Shown here in pieces: positions 38,245 to 48,214 of a stretch of DNA of 64,000 nucleotides. Where the stretch lies: positions 4,000,001-4,064,000 of the forward strand of contig OZ223236.1 in assembly GCA_965140445.1 (NCBI GenBank), read 5' to 3'. This DNA is from Candidatus Ozemobacteraceae bacterium (GTDB lineage: Bacteria; Muiribacteriota; Ozemobacteria; Ozemobacterales; Ozemobacteraceae). How positions within the stretch are numbered: position 1 is the first letter of the stretch; the number at the start of each line of letters is the position of its first letter. A program made the translations under genes and the position numbers. A model generated the notes under the pieces. It was not told the origin of the DNA. It saw only the letters and a program-made list of their open reading frames with translations, and searched no databases.

Positions 38245-39894
38245 CTAGATAACTCTTGCCAACTCCTCAAAACTTGTAATTCCAGCTTTTACTTTTTCAA
38301 TTCCATTTTCAAGTAAAGTTCGCATTCCCTCTTTGGCAGCACAATCCTGAATTGATTCTGAATCAGACTTATCAAGAATTAGCTTTCTAATGGCTCGGGT
38401 TACAGGCAAAACTTCTTCTATACAGGTTCTATTTCTGTATCCGGTGCGATTGCATGCTGGACACCCCTTACCTCGATAACTTTTAAATGAGCCGCTGATT
38501 CCGTGAAAAATGCCTGGAACCATTTCTTCTTGTTCAGCACATTCTGAGCAATTGACTCTAACCAATCTTTGAGCTACACCAGCAGCAAGTGTATTGGCAA
38601 TCAGGTAGGGTTCCATTCCCATTTCAAGAAGTCGCACAGGAACTTCTGCAGCAGTTCCTGTATGGATAGTAGAAAACACAAGGTGACCTGTCATCGCCGC
38701 ATTAATTGCCAGCTTTGCAGTTTCAGTGTCACGAACTTCGCCAATCATAATAATGTCAGGGTCCATTCTGAGTATTGAACGTAGACCATTAGCAAACGAA
38801 AGGTCAATTCTTGGGTTAACCTGGATCTGGTTAAGCATTGGCATTTGCATTTCAACAGGATCTTCAAGAGTGATTATTTTCTTTTTATCATCGTTTAAGC
38901 TTCTGAGAACAGAGTATAAAGTGGTTGTTTTGCCTGATCCTGTTTGTCCAGCAACAAGTATCATTCCGTTTTTTCTGGAAAGCTGCTGTTCAAGGCTTTT
39001 GAATCCATTCTCACTAAAACCAAGTTCTGAAAGGTCTTTGAAGTTAGGACCCCTGTTTAAAACCCTTATAACTAGGTTCTCACCCTGTAAAGTTGGAATC
39101 GTGGCAGTTCTAAAGTCTACGACTTCCCCGTCAACCTTAAGCATAATCCTACCATCTTGAGGTAATCTGTGCTCACTCACATCCATCCTGGACATAACTT
39201 TTAATCTGGAAATAATATATGGATGAAGATGGGATTTTGGTCTGAACATGGTTTGCAGAATTCCATCAATTCTGAATCGAATATGAAAATCCACATTATC
39301 TATCTCGATATGAACATCCGAAGCCTGCTCTTTTACGGCTTTTTGCAGCACCTGATTCACAAATTTAATTACAGGCGTATCCTGGAGCTCAAGATCTTCT
39401 TCTTCCAGTCTGGAAAGAAGCGTTTCGTCCTCCATTTCCTGAACCTGCTTAAGAGTATGGGCAATGTTCTCTGCACCTGAATAATACTGCTCAATTGCGT
39501 CAGAAATTTTCCTTGATGCGGCCAGAATAAGAGAAACAGGCCTTCGAGCCCGACTCTCAATGTCATCAATAATAGAAATATTCAGCGGATCAGAAGTAGC
39601 AACGATCAGGCGGCCATTCTGCACTGTCAAAGGAATCAAATTATATTTTCTGGCGAGATTGTATGGAACTTCATGAATTAATGATGGGTCAACGATAAGC
39701 TCATCGCTATTAATCACTGGGATTCCAAGCTGGTCACTTAAGGATTGAAGCAGCTCTTTCTCCCCAATTATTTTCATTTCAATCAATGCTTCACCAAGTT
39801 TTATCCCTTTTTTCTTAACAACTTCCAGGGCTTCCTGAAGTTGCTTATGAGAGATAACACCAGCATCAATTAAAGCATCACCAATTCTTTTCAT
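38245..39894 (-). CDS. pilB: Assembly ATPase PilB/GspE
   Basis: MshEN-like RIGDALIDAGVIS N-terminus, ASDVH, RLPQDG, GQTGSGKTT, EDPVE, DPD..GEVRD, CxxC...CxxC. Confidence 0.93.
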   Translation of the reverse strand: MKRIGDALIDAGVISHKQLQEALEVVKKKGIKLGEALIEMKIIGEKELLQSLSDQLGIPVINSDELIVDPSLIHEVPYNLARKYNLIPLTVQNGRLIVATSDPLNISIIDDIESRARRPVSLILAASRKISDAIEQYYSGAENIAHTLKQVQEMEDETLLSRLEEEDLELQDTPVIKFVNQVLQKAVKEQASDVHIEIDNVDFHIRFRIDGILQTMFRPKSHLHPYIISRLKVMSRMDVSEHRLPQDGRIMLKVDGEVVDFRTATIPTLQGENLVIRVLNRGPNFKDLSELGFSENGFKSLEQQLSRKNGMILVAGQTGSGKTTTLYSVLRSLNDDKKKIITLEDPVEMQMPMLNQIQVNPRIDLSFANGLRSILRMDPDIIMIGEVRDTETAKLAINAAMTGHLVFSTIHTGTAAEVPVRLLEMGMEPYLIANTLAAGVAQRLVRVNCSECAEQEEMVPGIFHGISGSFKSYRGKGCPACNRTGYRNRTCIEEVLPVTRAIRKLILDKSDSESIQDCAAKEGMRTLLENGIEKVKAGITSFEELARVI

Positions 39895-39911
39895 ATCTAT
39901 ATCTCACTTAT

Positions 39912-40361
39912 CTATGGATTATGTACAAAATACTTTAAGGAAAAAACAACTCGCATTCCTTCTTGTCGCCAAAGTGGCTCGCCAACAATAATAGTGTTAT
40001 AGCCCAAGGCAGGAAAATCTTCTTTCCACACCCCTAATCTGCCGGTACCAGCCGCATGATAAATAGAATCTTTTGCCAGGGTTTTAGAATCAGCAGACAA
40101 ATATGTTTCTGATTCCATGGGAAGTGCAGCTAAGAAACTCGCAGTATTTGTTGCTGTTGCAGGGTCAGACATCTGAGCTAGCAATCCTTCATATATATTT
40201 GCCGCCGTTACCGCAGCATGGATCTGCCCAAAATTCTTTTCGGCAGCATCCCACGAAGTAAACATATGGTGAGAAATAAAAGTAGACAATACCGCCAACA
40301 GTGAAATTGTAAGCAACAGCTCCATCAGCGTCAGTCCTTTTCTTTTAAGTCCGTTAATCAT
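39912..40361 (-). CDS. Minor pilin/pseudopilin
   Basis: KRKG/LTLMELLL; start ATG 40361 (TGATG overlap). Confidence 0.8.
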   Translation of the reverse strand: MINGLKRKGLTLMELLLTISLLAVLSTFISHHMFTSWDAAEKNFGQIHAAVTAANIYEGLLAQMSDPATATNTASFLAALPMESETYLSADSKTLAKDSIYHAAGTGRLGVWKEDFPALGYNTIIVGEPLWRQEGMRVVFSLKYFVHNP

Positions 40362-40819
40362 CAATAAACCTTTGTCCAACTTAAATAGCTTGTTGGAGTT
40401 CCATTTCCAACTTCAGTAAATGAAGCAATATTCTGGGTGTATGTAGCCCCAAACATTGCTGAGGAGAAACCCGATGGAAATATACCATCTGAGCGATCTG
40501 CCCAGGATGTAACAGCAACCCTCGCTTCATCTGCATCCAGGACAGTACCTTCAATGTATATTGAAAAAGTAGCCAATGGGCCTATAGGATATGAGTAAGT
40601 CGCATTAGTTGTTGCACCAATAGCAGGATTATCTTCAACAACTCGGTTAAATCCAGAATCTGCAGCCACCTGGAGTCTGATCCACTGTCCGCAAGCATCA
40701 GAAAGTCGCCTACCCTCATTAACATTTCTAAAAATTAGTGGGTAAGACACTATAAATGCAAACAAAAGAAGCAAAACAATAACGAGCGAAAACCCCGAAT
40801 TAGTATGCCTCATGTACAC
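40361..40819 (-). CDS. PilX/GspK-like minor pilin
   Basis: NSG/FSLVIVLLLL without E5, AADSG motif; first gene of the operon, GAGGTG RBS. Confidence 0.7.
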   Translation of the reverse strand: MYMRHTNSGFSLVIVLLLLFAFIVSYPLIFRNVNEGRRLSDACGQWIRLQVAADSGFNRVVEDNPAIGATTNATYSYPIGPLATFSIYIEGTVLDADEARVAVTSWADRSDGIFPSGFSSAMFGATYTQNIASFTEVGNGTPTSYLSWTKVY

Positions 40820-41001
40820 AAAATCACCTCAACCTATCTTTGTAGCTTTTAAAATACCATAGATAGGAATGAAGTCAAGAAACTTGGGAGCACAAAAAAA
40901 TAATAGAGGTAAATTGGCGGATATAAAAAACTTAAAACGTAGACTCCCACTTTTTTTGTCTGCAATGACCTTTTTGAGCCTGATTTTGTTCTAAACAAAT
41001 T

Positions 41002-41858
41002 TTAGTTTGCATATGTAGTACATTTTTTACAAATGCTTGGGAAAGAACCACAATAAAATGACTCTCGAAGCTTCTTAACTTTTTCCAATTGCCAAATGTC
41101 CAACAAGGATGAGTCATTAATATTACCTACAATTAGATCACTTTCTGAATTAAAATCTCTACAGCCACACAACCCAACACTCCCGTCTGAAAACACAATC
41201 GGACCGTCATAAAGCCACATACATGGTTCCTGCTCTAACTAGTGCATACCAGGCAAGAGATCTTTGTCACTAATTTCACCTGTCCACATATCATAATCTG
41301 GATTAAATTCAACAATATGCTTACCTATATTGCGATTTTTTTAGATTGCCAGCCTCTTGAGTTATTTTCAATAGGAATCCAATACTTTCCAGCACTTTTT
41401 CGTAAAATGCATTTCGATAATTTTCGTAGAGATCTTTCTGAAGAGCTCCAGTGCTTATACTAATCTTGGAAATTCCAGAATAAACTAGCGCATTAATGGT
41501 TTCATAATTCAACGCAATAGCATTAGTTATGGTTTCAATACAGGCGATGTTTTCTCTTCTACTAACATGTTTTATTCTAGAAACCAATTTTAGGGAAAAT
41601 AGCTGGATTCGCAACAACTTGAAAGAGGAAGTCAGCACCATCCATTGACAATATTGATCTAGGGCTTTTTCTAAAGCCTCGTCTATCATAAACTTATAAG
41701 GATTAGTTCTATATTGAATTGTTTTTGGAATCATTTCCCAGATGTTAAAACTTTTTGACGACACGAAAAACGGTTTTCCAAAAAGAAAGGTCGAGCACTT
41801 CCATTTTCCTTGAATACAGAAACTTCATTGCTCTTCTAAGCTGACCAAATATCTTCAT
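41002..41858 (-). pseudogene. Degraded radical SAM/SPASM(Twitch) gene
   Basis: Pieces in different frames: likely start 41858, frameshift near 41780, core lacking CxxxCxxC, in-frame TAG before EPCMWLYDGPIVFSDGSVGLC...GN...CKKC. Confidence 0.75.
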
Positions 41859-42100
41859 TTTTCCCTCAAAATACTGTTCTTAAAATTATATCAGTTGTTA
41901 TAAATTTATGAACAAGGCTGTGTTGATTTAATAGATTCCCAGCCCTACGCACAAAGGCTTATCACACTTTATCTTTATGTTCATTAAAATTTACTTGCAA
42001 AATTTATCATAGGGAATTTAGACTAGACTTATGAAGCAATTTTTCTAAAGTAAAGAACACACTCAGCATGAGCACAATGAGTTAAAAGAGATAATATCCC

Positions 42101-42715
42101 ATGAAGCTTAAGGCCTATGGTTGGTTTGATAAAGAAAGTCATGTAGCGCACAGCTATATTTTTCCAAAAATACAAGCCTTTCTCCCCTCCTACAATGTAA
42201 AAATTCTGGATATTGGCTGCGGAAATGGTTCGCTTACCCAAAAATTGGCCGACTTAGGTCACAAGGTTGTAGCTATAGACGCATCTAGCGATGGAATAAA
42301 AATAGCTCAAAAGGAGTTTCCAAACATTACTTTTTACAACAAGTCCGTATACGAAGATTTAAGTTTTTTAAAAGAAATGAAATTTGATTTTATTGTTTCC
42401 TCAGAGGTAATTGAGCATCTGATGTATCCTAAATGTCTAATTAATAAAGCTTTTGAACTATTAAAACCTGGTGGAAATTTTATTTTAACAACTCCATATC
42501 ATGGATATTTAAAAAATCTTTTATTAAGTGTGTTTAATAAATGGGATGACCACTTCACGGTCAATTGGGATGGAGGACACATAAAGTTTTTTTCAGAAAA
42601 AACTCTTATCAAGATGCTAAATGAGGAGGGATTTGTTTCGCCAAAATTTAAAAATGCAGGAAGGCTTCCCTTAATCTGGAAATCAATTGTTTGTATGAGT
42701 CAAAAACCAAAATAA
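42101..42715 (+). CDS. Class I SAM-dependent methyltransferase (UbiG-like)
   Basis: ILDIGCGNG, EVIEHL, TTPYHGY, WDGGHIKF. Confidence 0.9.
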   Translation: MKLKAYGWFDKESHVAHSYIFPKIQAFLPSYNVKILDIGCGNGSLTQKLADLGHKVVAIDASSDGIKIAQKEFPNITFYNKSVYEDLSFLKEMKFDFIVSSEVIEHLMYPKCLINKAFELLKPGGNFILTTPYHGYLKNLLLSVFNKWDDHFTVNWDGGHIKFFSEKTLIKMLNEEGFVSPKFKNAGRLPLIWKSIVCMSQKPK

Positions 42716-43902
42716 TGAAAATATTACATCTAATTGGAAGTTTATCGCCTCGACTTGGCGGTCCATCAAAAGCATGCCTCGAAATGGCAATGGCAATAGC
42801 AGAAAGAGGTCATGATGTGGAAATTTTTACGACCAATTTTGATGGTATAAGAGACTTAGAGGTTCCCTTAATTAAGCCCATTAAAACCAAAGGAATCAGC
42901 ATAAGTTATTTTCCGGTTTCCCTGTTTCGAAATTGGGTTTTTTCTTTGGAGTTAGCAAAAGCATTAAAAAATAGACTTAAAGAATTTGATCTTTTGCATA
43001 TTCATTCCCTATACTTGTTTCACAATTTTATTGGCGGTTATTTCGCTAGAAAATATTCAATTCCCCATATTATTCGCCCTCACGGTACACTTGACCCTTA
43101 TCTCCATAAAAGACATCGATTTCGAAAAGCGATTGTAGAAGCTCTATTTGAAAATCGAAACCTTTCAAACGCCTCCGCAATACATTTTACAAGTAGAGAA
43201 GAACAACAATTAGCGGCACCACATATTTTTGGAACAAAAAGTTTCATTGTGCCAAATGGTTTAAATCCTGCAGATTACTCATGCATGCCAACAGCAGGGA
43301 CTTTAAAACGTTTTTTCCCTCAAACAGAAAATAAAAAAAATATTCTATTTTTTGGACGTCTTAATTTCAAAAAAGGATTGGATTTAATAATACCAGCCTT
43401 TATAAAATTAGCAAAAGAATCGCCAAGCTACCACTTAATTCTTGCGGGGCCTGATGATGAAGGGTTCGGAAACATGGCAGTTAAGCAGTTAAAAAAGAAC
43501 AATTTGCAGACCGTTGGCAATCACTCAAGATTAACGCTCACAGGAATGGTAGAAGGGGAAAAAAAGCTAGCTTTGCTAAATGAGTCTGATATTTTTGTAT
43601 TACCATCTTACACTGAAAATTTTGGAATATCAGTTATAGAAGCGATGTCTTGTGGCCTTCCCGTAATAATTTCAGACAAAGTAAATATTTGGCGAGAAAT
43701 AGTTAAAGATGGCGCAGGTATTGCCGGGCCTTGCGATTCTAATTGGCTTTCTGATGCAATTTTCTATTTACTAAATAACCCAAAATTAAGACATGAAATG
43801 TCCCAAAAAGGAAAAGTTTCTGTCCAATCAAGATTTGAGTGGAAAAAAATAGCCGAAACTCTTGAGAAAGAATATGAGGCAATAATAAAAGCATCAAGCT
43901 AA
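42715..43902 (+). CDS. Glycosyltransferase family 4
   Basis: GGPS, PHG, VPNG, PSYTENFGISVIEAM; TAATG coupling with the upstream gene. Confidence 0.9.
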   Translation: MKILHLIGSLSPRLGGPSKACLEMAMAIAERGHDVEIFTTNFDGIRDLEVPLIKPIKTKGISISYFPVSLFRNWVFSLELAKALKNRLKEFDLLHIHSLYLFHNFIGGYFARKYSIPHIIRPHGTLDPYLHKRHRFRKAIVEALFENRNLSNASAIHFTSREEQQLAAPHIFGTKSFIVPNGLNPADYSCMPTAGTLKRFFPQTENKKNILFFGRLNFKKGLDLIIPAFIKLAKESPSYHLILAGPDDEGFGNMAVKQLKKNNLQTVGNHSRLTLTGMVEGEKKLALLNESDIFVLPSYTENFGISVIEAMSCGLPVIISDKVNIWREIVKDGAGIAGPCDSNWLSDAIFYLLNNPKLRHEMSQKGKVSVQSRFEWKKIAETLEKEYEAIIKASS

Positions 43903-43986
43903 ATATTTTTAATTTTTAAAGAACTAAATTTAGATTGGATCTAGTTAAATGAAATATATTATGAATTCTAGTTTTGAGGACTCAAA

Positions 43987-44856
43987 ATGAATAGCTCTCC
44001 ATACTTTTTTATTTTTCACCTGTTTGGATATATTTTTCGGCGAATCCCTTTTTGGATAAAAGGAAAAGGTTTTTTACAAAGGGCTCTGCTTGCAAGACTT
44101 ATTCGAGGAAAAAAAATGGTTTTTAAAGTACCTTTAAAGCACAGTCTAGGCCTAAAAAAAATTGATTTTTTATGCAACGTTGACGACTGGTTGCCCTGGC
44201 AAGTTTTTTGTAATGGATTTAATCTTGGAGAATATGAGTCTGAAAAATTTATGCTTTCAAGTGAATGTAATAAAAATTCAATAATTATGGATATTGGAGC
44301 AAATGTTGGATACTATTCAGTGCTTCTCTCAACTAAATTCTTCTCATCGAAGGTTTTTGCATTTGAACCCTTTTCATCACAATATTCATTTTTGGAAAAA
44401 AACCTAAAGCTTAATTCATTAAATAATTGTTTCCCGCTTAAATTAATAGTTTCAGACAATTGCAAGCCTAAAAAGATTTATTATTCCTGCGACCAAAATA
44501 CGGGTGCAACTTCAATACATAAAAAATCTAAAATTTTTGAAACGGTTAGTTCCATTTCATTGGATGTGTTTTGCGAAAAAGAAAAAATTGATTTTATCGA
44601 TTTAGTAAAAATTGATGTGGAAGGTCATGAGCTAAATGTTTTAAAAGGAATGGCAAAACTACTTAAGTTAAAAAAAGTGAAAAATATTTTCATAGAAATT
44701 CTTGAAGAAAACCTTATATGCAATAATTCAACCAGAAAAGAAATTGTATCTCTTTTAAACAAATTTGGGTATGAAGGATTTTATATGGACGGGAAAATAG
44801 AGAAGAAGTATAACGGTTTATTCGATTGTGACCTAGTTAACTTTAGAGTTCCATAA
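43987..44856 (+). CDS. FkbM family methyltransferase
   Basis: DIGANVG, AFEP, KIDVEGHE. Confidence 0.9.
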   Translation: MNSSPYFFIFHLFGYIFRRIPFWIKGKGFLQRALLARLIRGKKMVFKVPLKHSLGLKKIDFLCNVDDWLPWQVFCNGFNLGEYESEKFMLSSECNKNSIIMDIGANVGYYSVLLSTKFFSSKVFAFEPFSSQYSFLEKNLKLNSLNNCFPLKLIVSDNCKPKKIYYSCDQNTGATSIHKKSKIFETVSSISLDVFCEKEKIDFIDLVKIDVEGHELNVLKGMAKLLKLKKVKNIFIEILEENLICNNSTRKEIVSLLNKFGYEGFYMDGKIEKKYNGLFDCDLVNFRVP

Positions 44857-44936
44857 AAATTCAGATAAACACTAGAATTTTATTTTTTTCAAACTAATAT
44901 TAAACTCCTTACCCTTAAAAAAAGGTATAAATTAAA

Positions 44937-45779
44937 ATGAAAGCATCTGTTATAATTTTAACATTTAATTCTGAACATATTATTGAAAAAACTCTCGAAA
45001 GTGCCCAAAAGGTTTCAGATGATGTTTTAGTAGTGGACTCCTTTAGCTCCGACAGAACAATAGAAATATTAAAGAGCCAAAAAGTTAAATTCTTTCAAAG
45101 AAATTTTTTAAACTACGGGGACCAAAGAAACTGGGCAATTTCAAGTTTGCCTGTGAAATACGAATGGCAATTGCACCTCGATGCCGATGAGAGACCATCA
45201 AAAGAACTTACGAAAGAAATTATTGATTTAAACGAAGCAGATTTAAGTGATTTAAATGGTTTTTTTCTTCCAAGACTGGTTTTATTTATGGGAAAAAAAA
45301 TCCAGCACGGTGGAATGTATCCGATCTGGCACATGCGTTTATTCCGTTCGAATTTTGGAAAATGTGAAGAACGAAAATATGATCAACACTTTTTTGTTTC
45401 AGGAAAGACTTCAAAACTTTCCTCGCCCATGCTTGATGACATGAGTTTCATGACAATTGATGAATGGACCAATCGTCATAACAAGTGGGCAAACGCAGAG
45501 GTGGAAGAAATTCTTGGGGAAAACGAACAAGGAAGAATTAAAGCAAGGCTAACCGGCGGCAATCCAGTTGAACAAAAAAGATACTTTAGAAAAATTTATA
45601 GTAAATGTCCTCTATTTTTAAGAGCTTTTCTTTTCTTTTTTTACAGATATTTTATTTTACTTGGTTTTTTGGATGGAATCCCAGGCCTAATTTTCTTCTT
45701 TTTACAAACTTGTTGGTTTAGATTTCTTGTAGACGCAAAGCTTTTTGAAAAAACTTCATCTAAAGAGGTACAATTTTGA
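44937..45779 (+). CDS. Glycosyltransferase family 2
   Basis: ILTFN, VDSFSSD, QRN, LDADE, GFLDG. Confidence 0.9.
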   Translation: MKASVIILTFNSEHIIEKTLESAQKVSDDVLVVDSFSSDRTIEILKSQKVKFFQRNFLNYGDQRNWAISSLPVKYEWQLHLDADERPSKELTKEIIDLNEADLSDLNGFFLPRLVLFMGKKIQHGGMYPIWHMRLFRSNFGKCEERKYDQHFFVSGKTSKLSSPMLDDMSFMTIDEWTNRHNKWANAEVEEILGENEQGRIKARLTGGNPVEQKRYFRKIYSKCPLFLRAFLFFFYRYFILLGFLDGIPGLIFFFLQTCWFRFLVDAKLFEKTSSKEVQF

Positions 45780-46714
45780 ATTGCCCTTCCTGTAAAAAAA
45801 AAGGAGAATTAAAGCTTTCATCGCTATATGATTCAAGATTTGGAATACCTGGAAGATGGTCTATTTATGTTTGCAAAAATTGTCTAGAATGGTTTACTGT
45901 TCCGCGACCATCTCAAAAAGAGTTAACTCAATACTATGAAAATTTTTACAATTTTATTGGTTCCAAAACCCCATTCTACAATAAATTGCGAATTAAAATT
46001 TTGAATTCCAAAATTTACAAATTTTGGCTTATGATTGATGGAGACATTTCATTTTTTTTACAACAAGGTACCGGCAATCTCTTAGACATAGGTTGCAACG
46101 AAGGAAGAACACTAGAATTATATAAAAACAATGGATATAAAGTGCAAGGAATTGAACTAAATTCAATAGCCGCAGCTTCTGCCAGAAAAAAAGGCTTTGA
46201 AGTCTTTTGTGGGCAAATCAATAACTTTGATAAAAAAGAAGAATTTGATGTTGTGGTTTTGTCAAACGTTTTAGAACATGAGTTAAATCCCAACGAAATG
46301 CTTTGGAAAGTTAATTCGGCATTAAAAATGAACGGTGAAATCTGGTTGAGTTTTCCAAATAGAAATAGCTTCTTTCGCCAAATTTTCAAAAAAAAGTGGA
46401 TAAATTGGCACATGCCTTTTCATATATCTCATTTTTCCAAGCAAATTATATGTAAAAAGTTGGAAAATTGTGGATTTAAGGTCTTTGAAACCCTTTTTGA
46501 AAGCCCATCTCAATGGATTACATTGTCAATTTTATCTGTTATCTTCGCGAAACCAGAGAAAACAACCAAGCAGTTACAAAACCCAGTTTACTTAATTTTT
46601 CTAATGCTAATTACTCGATTTGTATTCTTTCCATTTCTGGCGATACTAAATCTCTGTGAAAAGGGTGACTGCCTAATTATTAAAGCAAGAAAGGTTGTAA
46701 GTTTAAGAAAATGA
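45776..46714 (+). CDS. Class I SAM-dependent methyltransferase with N-terminal Zn ribbon
   Basis: CPSC...CKNC, LDIGC, VLEH, PFH. Confidence 0.88.
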   Translation: MNCPSCKKKGELKLSSLYDSRFGIPGRWSIYVCKNCLEWFTVPRPSQKELTQYYENFYNFIGSKTPFYNKLRIKILNSKIYKFWLMIDGDISFFLQQGTGNLLDIGCNEGRTLELYKNNGYKVQGIELNSIAAASARKKGFEVFCGQINNFDKKEEFDVVVLSNVLEHELNPNEMLWKVNSALKMNGEIWLSFPNRNSFFRQIFKKKWINWHMPFHISHFSKQIICKKLENCGFKVFETLFESPSQWITLSILSVIFAKPEKTTKQLQNPVYLIFLMLITRFVFFPFLAILNLCEKGDCLIIKARKVVSLRK

Positions 46715-47952
46715 AAATTTTGATTTATGGGTTAAATTTCGCTCCCGAAATAGTTGGCTGCGGAAAATACAACGCAGAAATGGCAAACTGGTTAAGGAAA
46801 AATGGTCATGAAGTTAGAGTAATTGCAGCCCATCCGTATTATCCCAGCTGGAAAATTCAAAAAGGTTATTCTAGCTTAAAATTCTTTAGGGAAAAATGGT
46901 GGGGCAAAGTTAAAGCAATTAGATGTCCAATATATATACCTGAATTTCCCACTGGGGTAAAAAGGCTTGTTCATCTTTTTTCATTTGCTATTTCAAGCAT
47001 CCCTGCCTTGATTGCCAATTTAAAATGGCAACCAGACATTGTGTTTAACATCGCCCCAACAATAATCTCATCCCCTTTAGCTATTATTTTTTCAAAATTC
47101 TGCAAAGCAGTTTCATGGCTTCATATTCAGGATTTTGAGCTTGAAGCTGCATCTGGACTAAATTTAATAAAAAATAAAAAATTGATTTTTTTTGCGAACT
47201 TGATTCAAAATGCAATTTTAAACTCATTCACGATCATTTCATCAATTTCTCCTGAAATGATCAAAAATCTATCTAGAAAAGGAATTGTCAAAAAGAAGAC
47301 CTTTTTATTACCAAACTGGGTAGATTTGACTAAAATTTTTCCCCTGCCTAATCCCCAAACAATAAAAAAAGATTTTGGTTATGCTTTAAGCAAAGTCATT
47401 TGCTTATACTCTGGCAACATTGGAAAAAAACAAGGCTTGGAAATAATTATTGAATGTGCAAAAATTCTAGAAAAGGAAAAAGAGATTGAATTTCTAATTT
47501 GTGGAGAAGGTTCCGAAAAACCAAAATTAATTGAGTTGGCTAAAAATCTTGGATCAGTAAAATTTTTGCCTCTCCAGCCAAACGCTGACTTTAATAAACT
47601 AATGAACCTAGCAGACATACATATTCTCCCCCAAAAATCAGATGTAGCAGATTTAGTTTTACCATCTAAACTTTCAGGAATTTTGGCAAGTGGAAAACCC
47701 GTTATTGCAACTGCGTCTCCAGACACCCAAATTTTTAACACCCTTAGAAACATAGGGATTACAGTGAAGCCTGAATCATCATCTCAAATGGCAAAAGCAA
47801 TTTTGTTTCTCGCACATAGACCAGAACTAAGAAAAGACCTAGGGGCAAAAGCTCTCCGCTACACATGTGAAAATTTGAATAAAGAGCAGATTTTAAACAG
47901 TTTTTTAGAAAAAGCGCATATATTATTTAACCAAAAAAATGTATCAAAATAA
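46711..47952 (+). CDS. wcaI: WcaI-like glycosyltransferase (GT4)
   Basis: GLNFAPEIVGCGKY, PYYPSW, RCPIYIP, HIQDFE, YSGNIGKKQG, LPSKL. Confidence 0.85.
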   Translation: MKILIYGLNFAPEIVGCGKYNAEMANWLRKNGHEVRVIAAHPYYPSWKIQKGYSSLKFFREKWWGKVKAIRCPIYIPEFPTGVKRLVHLFSFAISSIPALIANLKWQPDIVFNIAPTIISSPLAIIFSKFCKAVSWLHIQDFELEAASGLNLIKNKKLIFFANLIQNAILNSFTIISSISPEMIKNLSRKGIVKKKTFLLPNWVDLTKIFPLPNPQTIKKDFGYALSKVICLYSGNIGKKQGLEIIIECAKILEKEKEIEFLICGEGSEKPKLIELAKNLGSVKFLPLQPNADFNKLMNLADIHILPQKSDVADLVLPSKLSGILASGKPVIATASPDTQIFNTLRNIGITVKPESSSQMAKAILFLAHRPELRKDLGAKALRYTCENLNKEQILNSFLEKAHILFNQKNVSK

Positions 47953-48107
47953 AATTAGTCTGTTAGTCTAGCGTTTCTAAAAAATTATCTTAGGGAAACG
48001 ATTTTTATTCATTTAGCCCATAAAACATTCAAATTGAAAAGCCTAAAACTATTATTGCTTCAAATCCTACAAATGGCTTTTAAATTTTCAAGCATTTTTT
48101 TCAGACC

Positions 48108-48150
48108 AAGAATCCAAAGGCTCCTACTATGTAGGAGCCTTTGGATTCTT
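48108..48150. terminator. Perfect 20-bp inverted repeat between convergent operons
   Basis: AAGAATCCAAAGGCTCCTAC-TAT-GTAGGAGCCTTTGGATTCTT. Confidence 0.75.
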
Positions 48151-48214
48151 TCAAGTCTTAATCAATTAATAAATATGTTTTCTTTATAGTTCCCTAATTA
48201 TCTTTGAGAACTTT

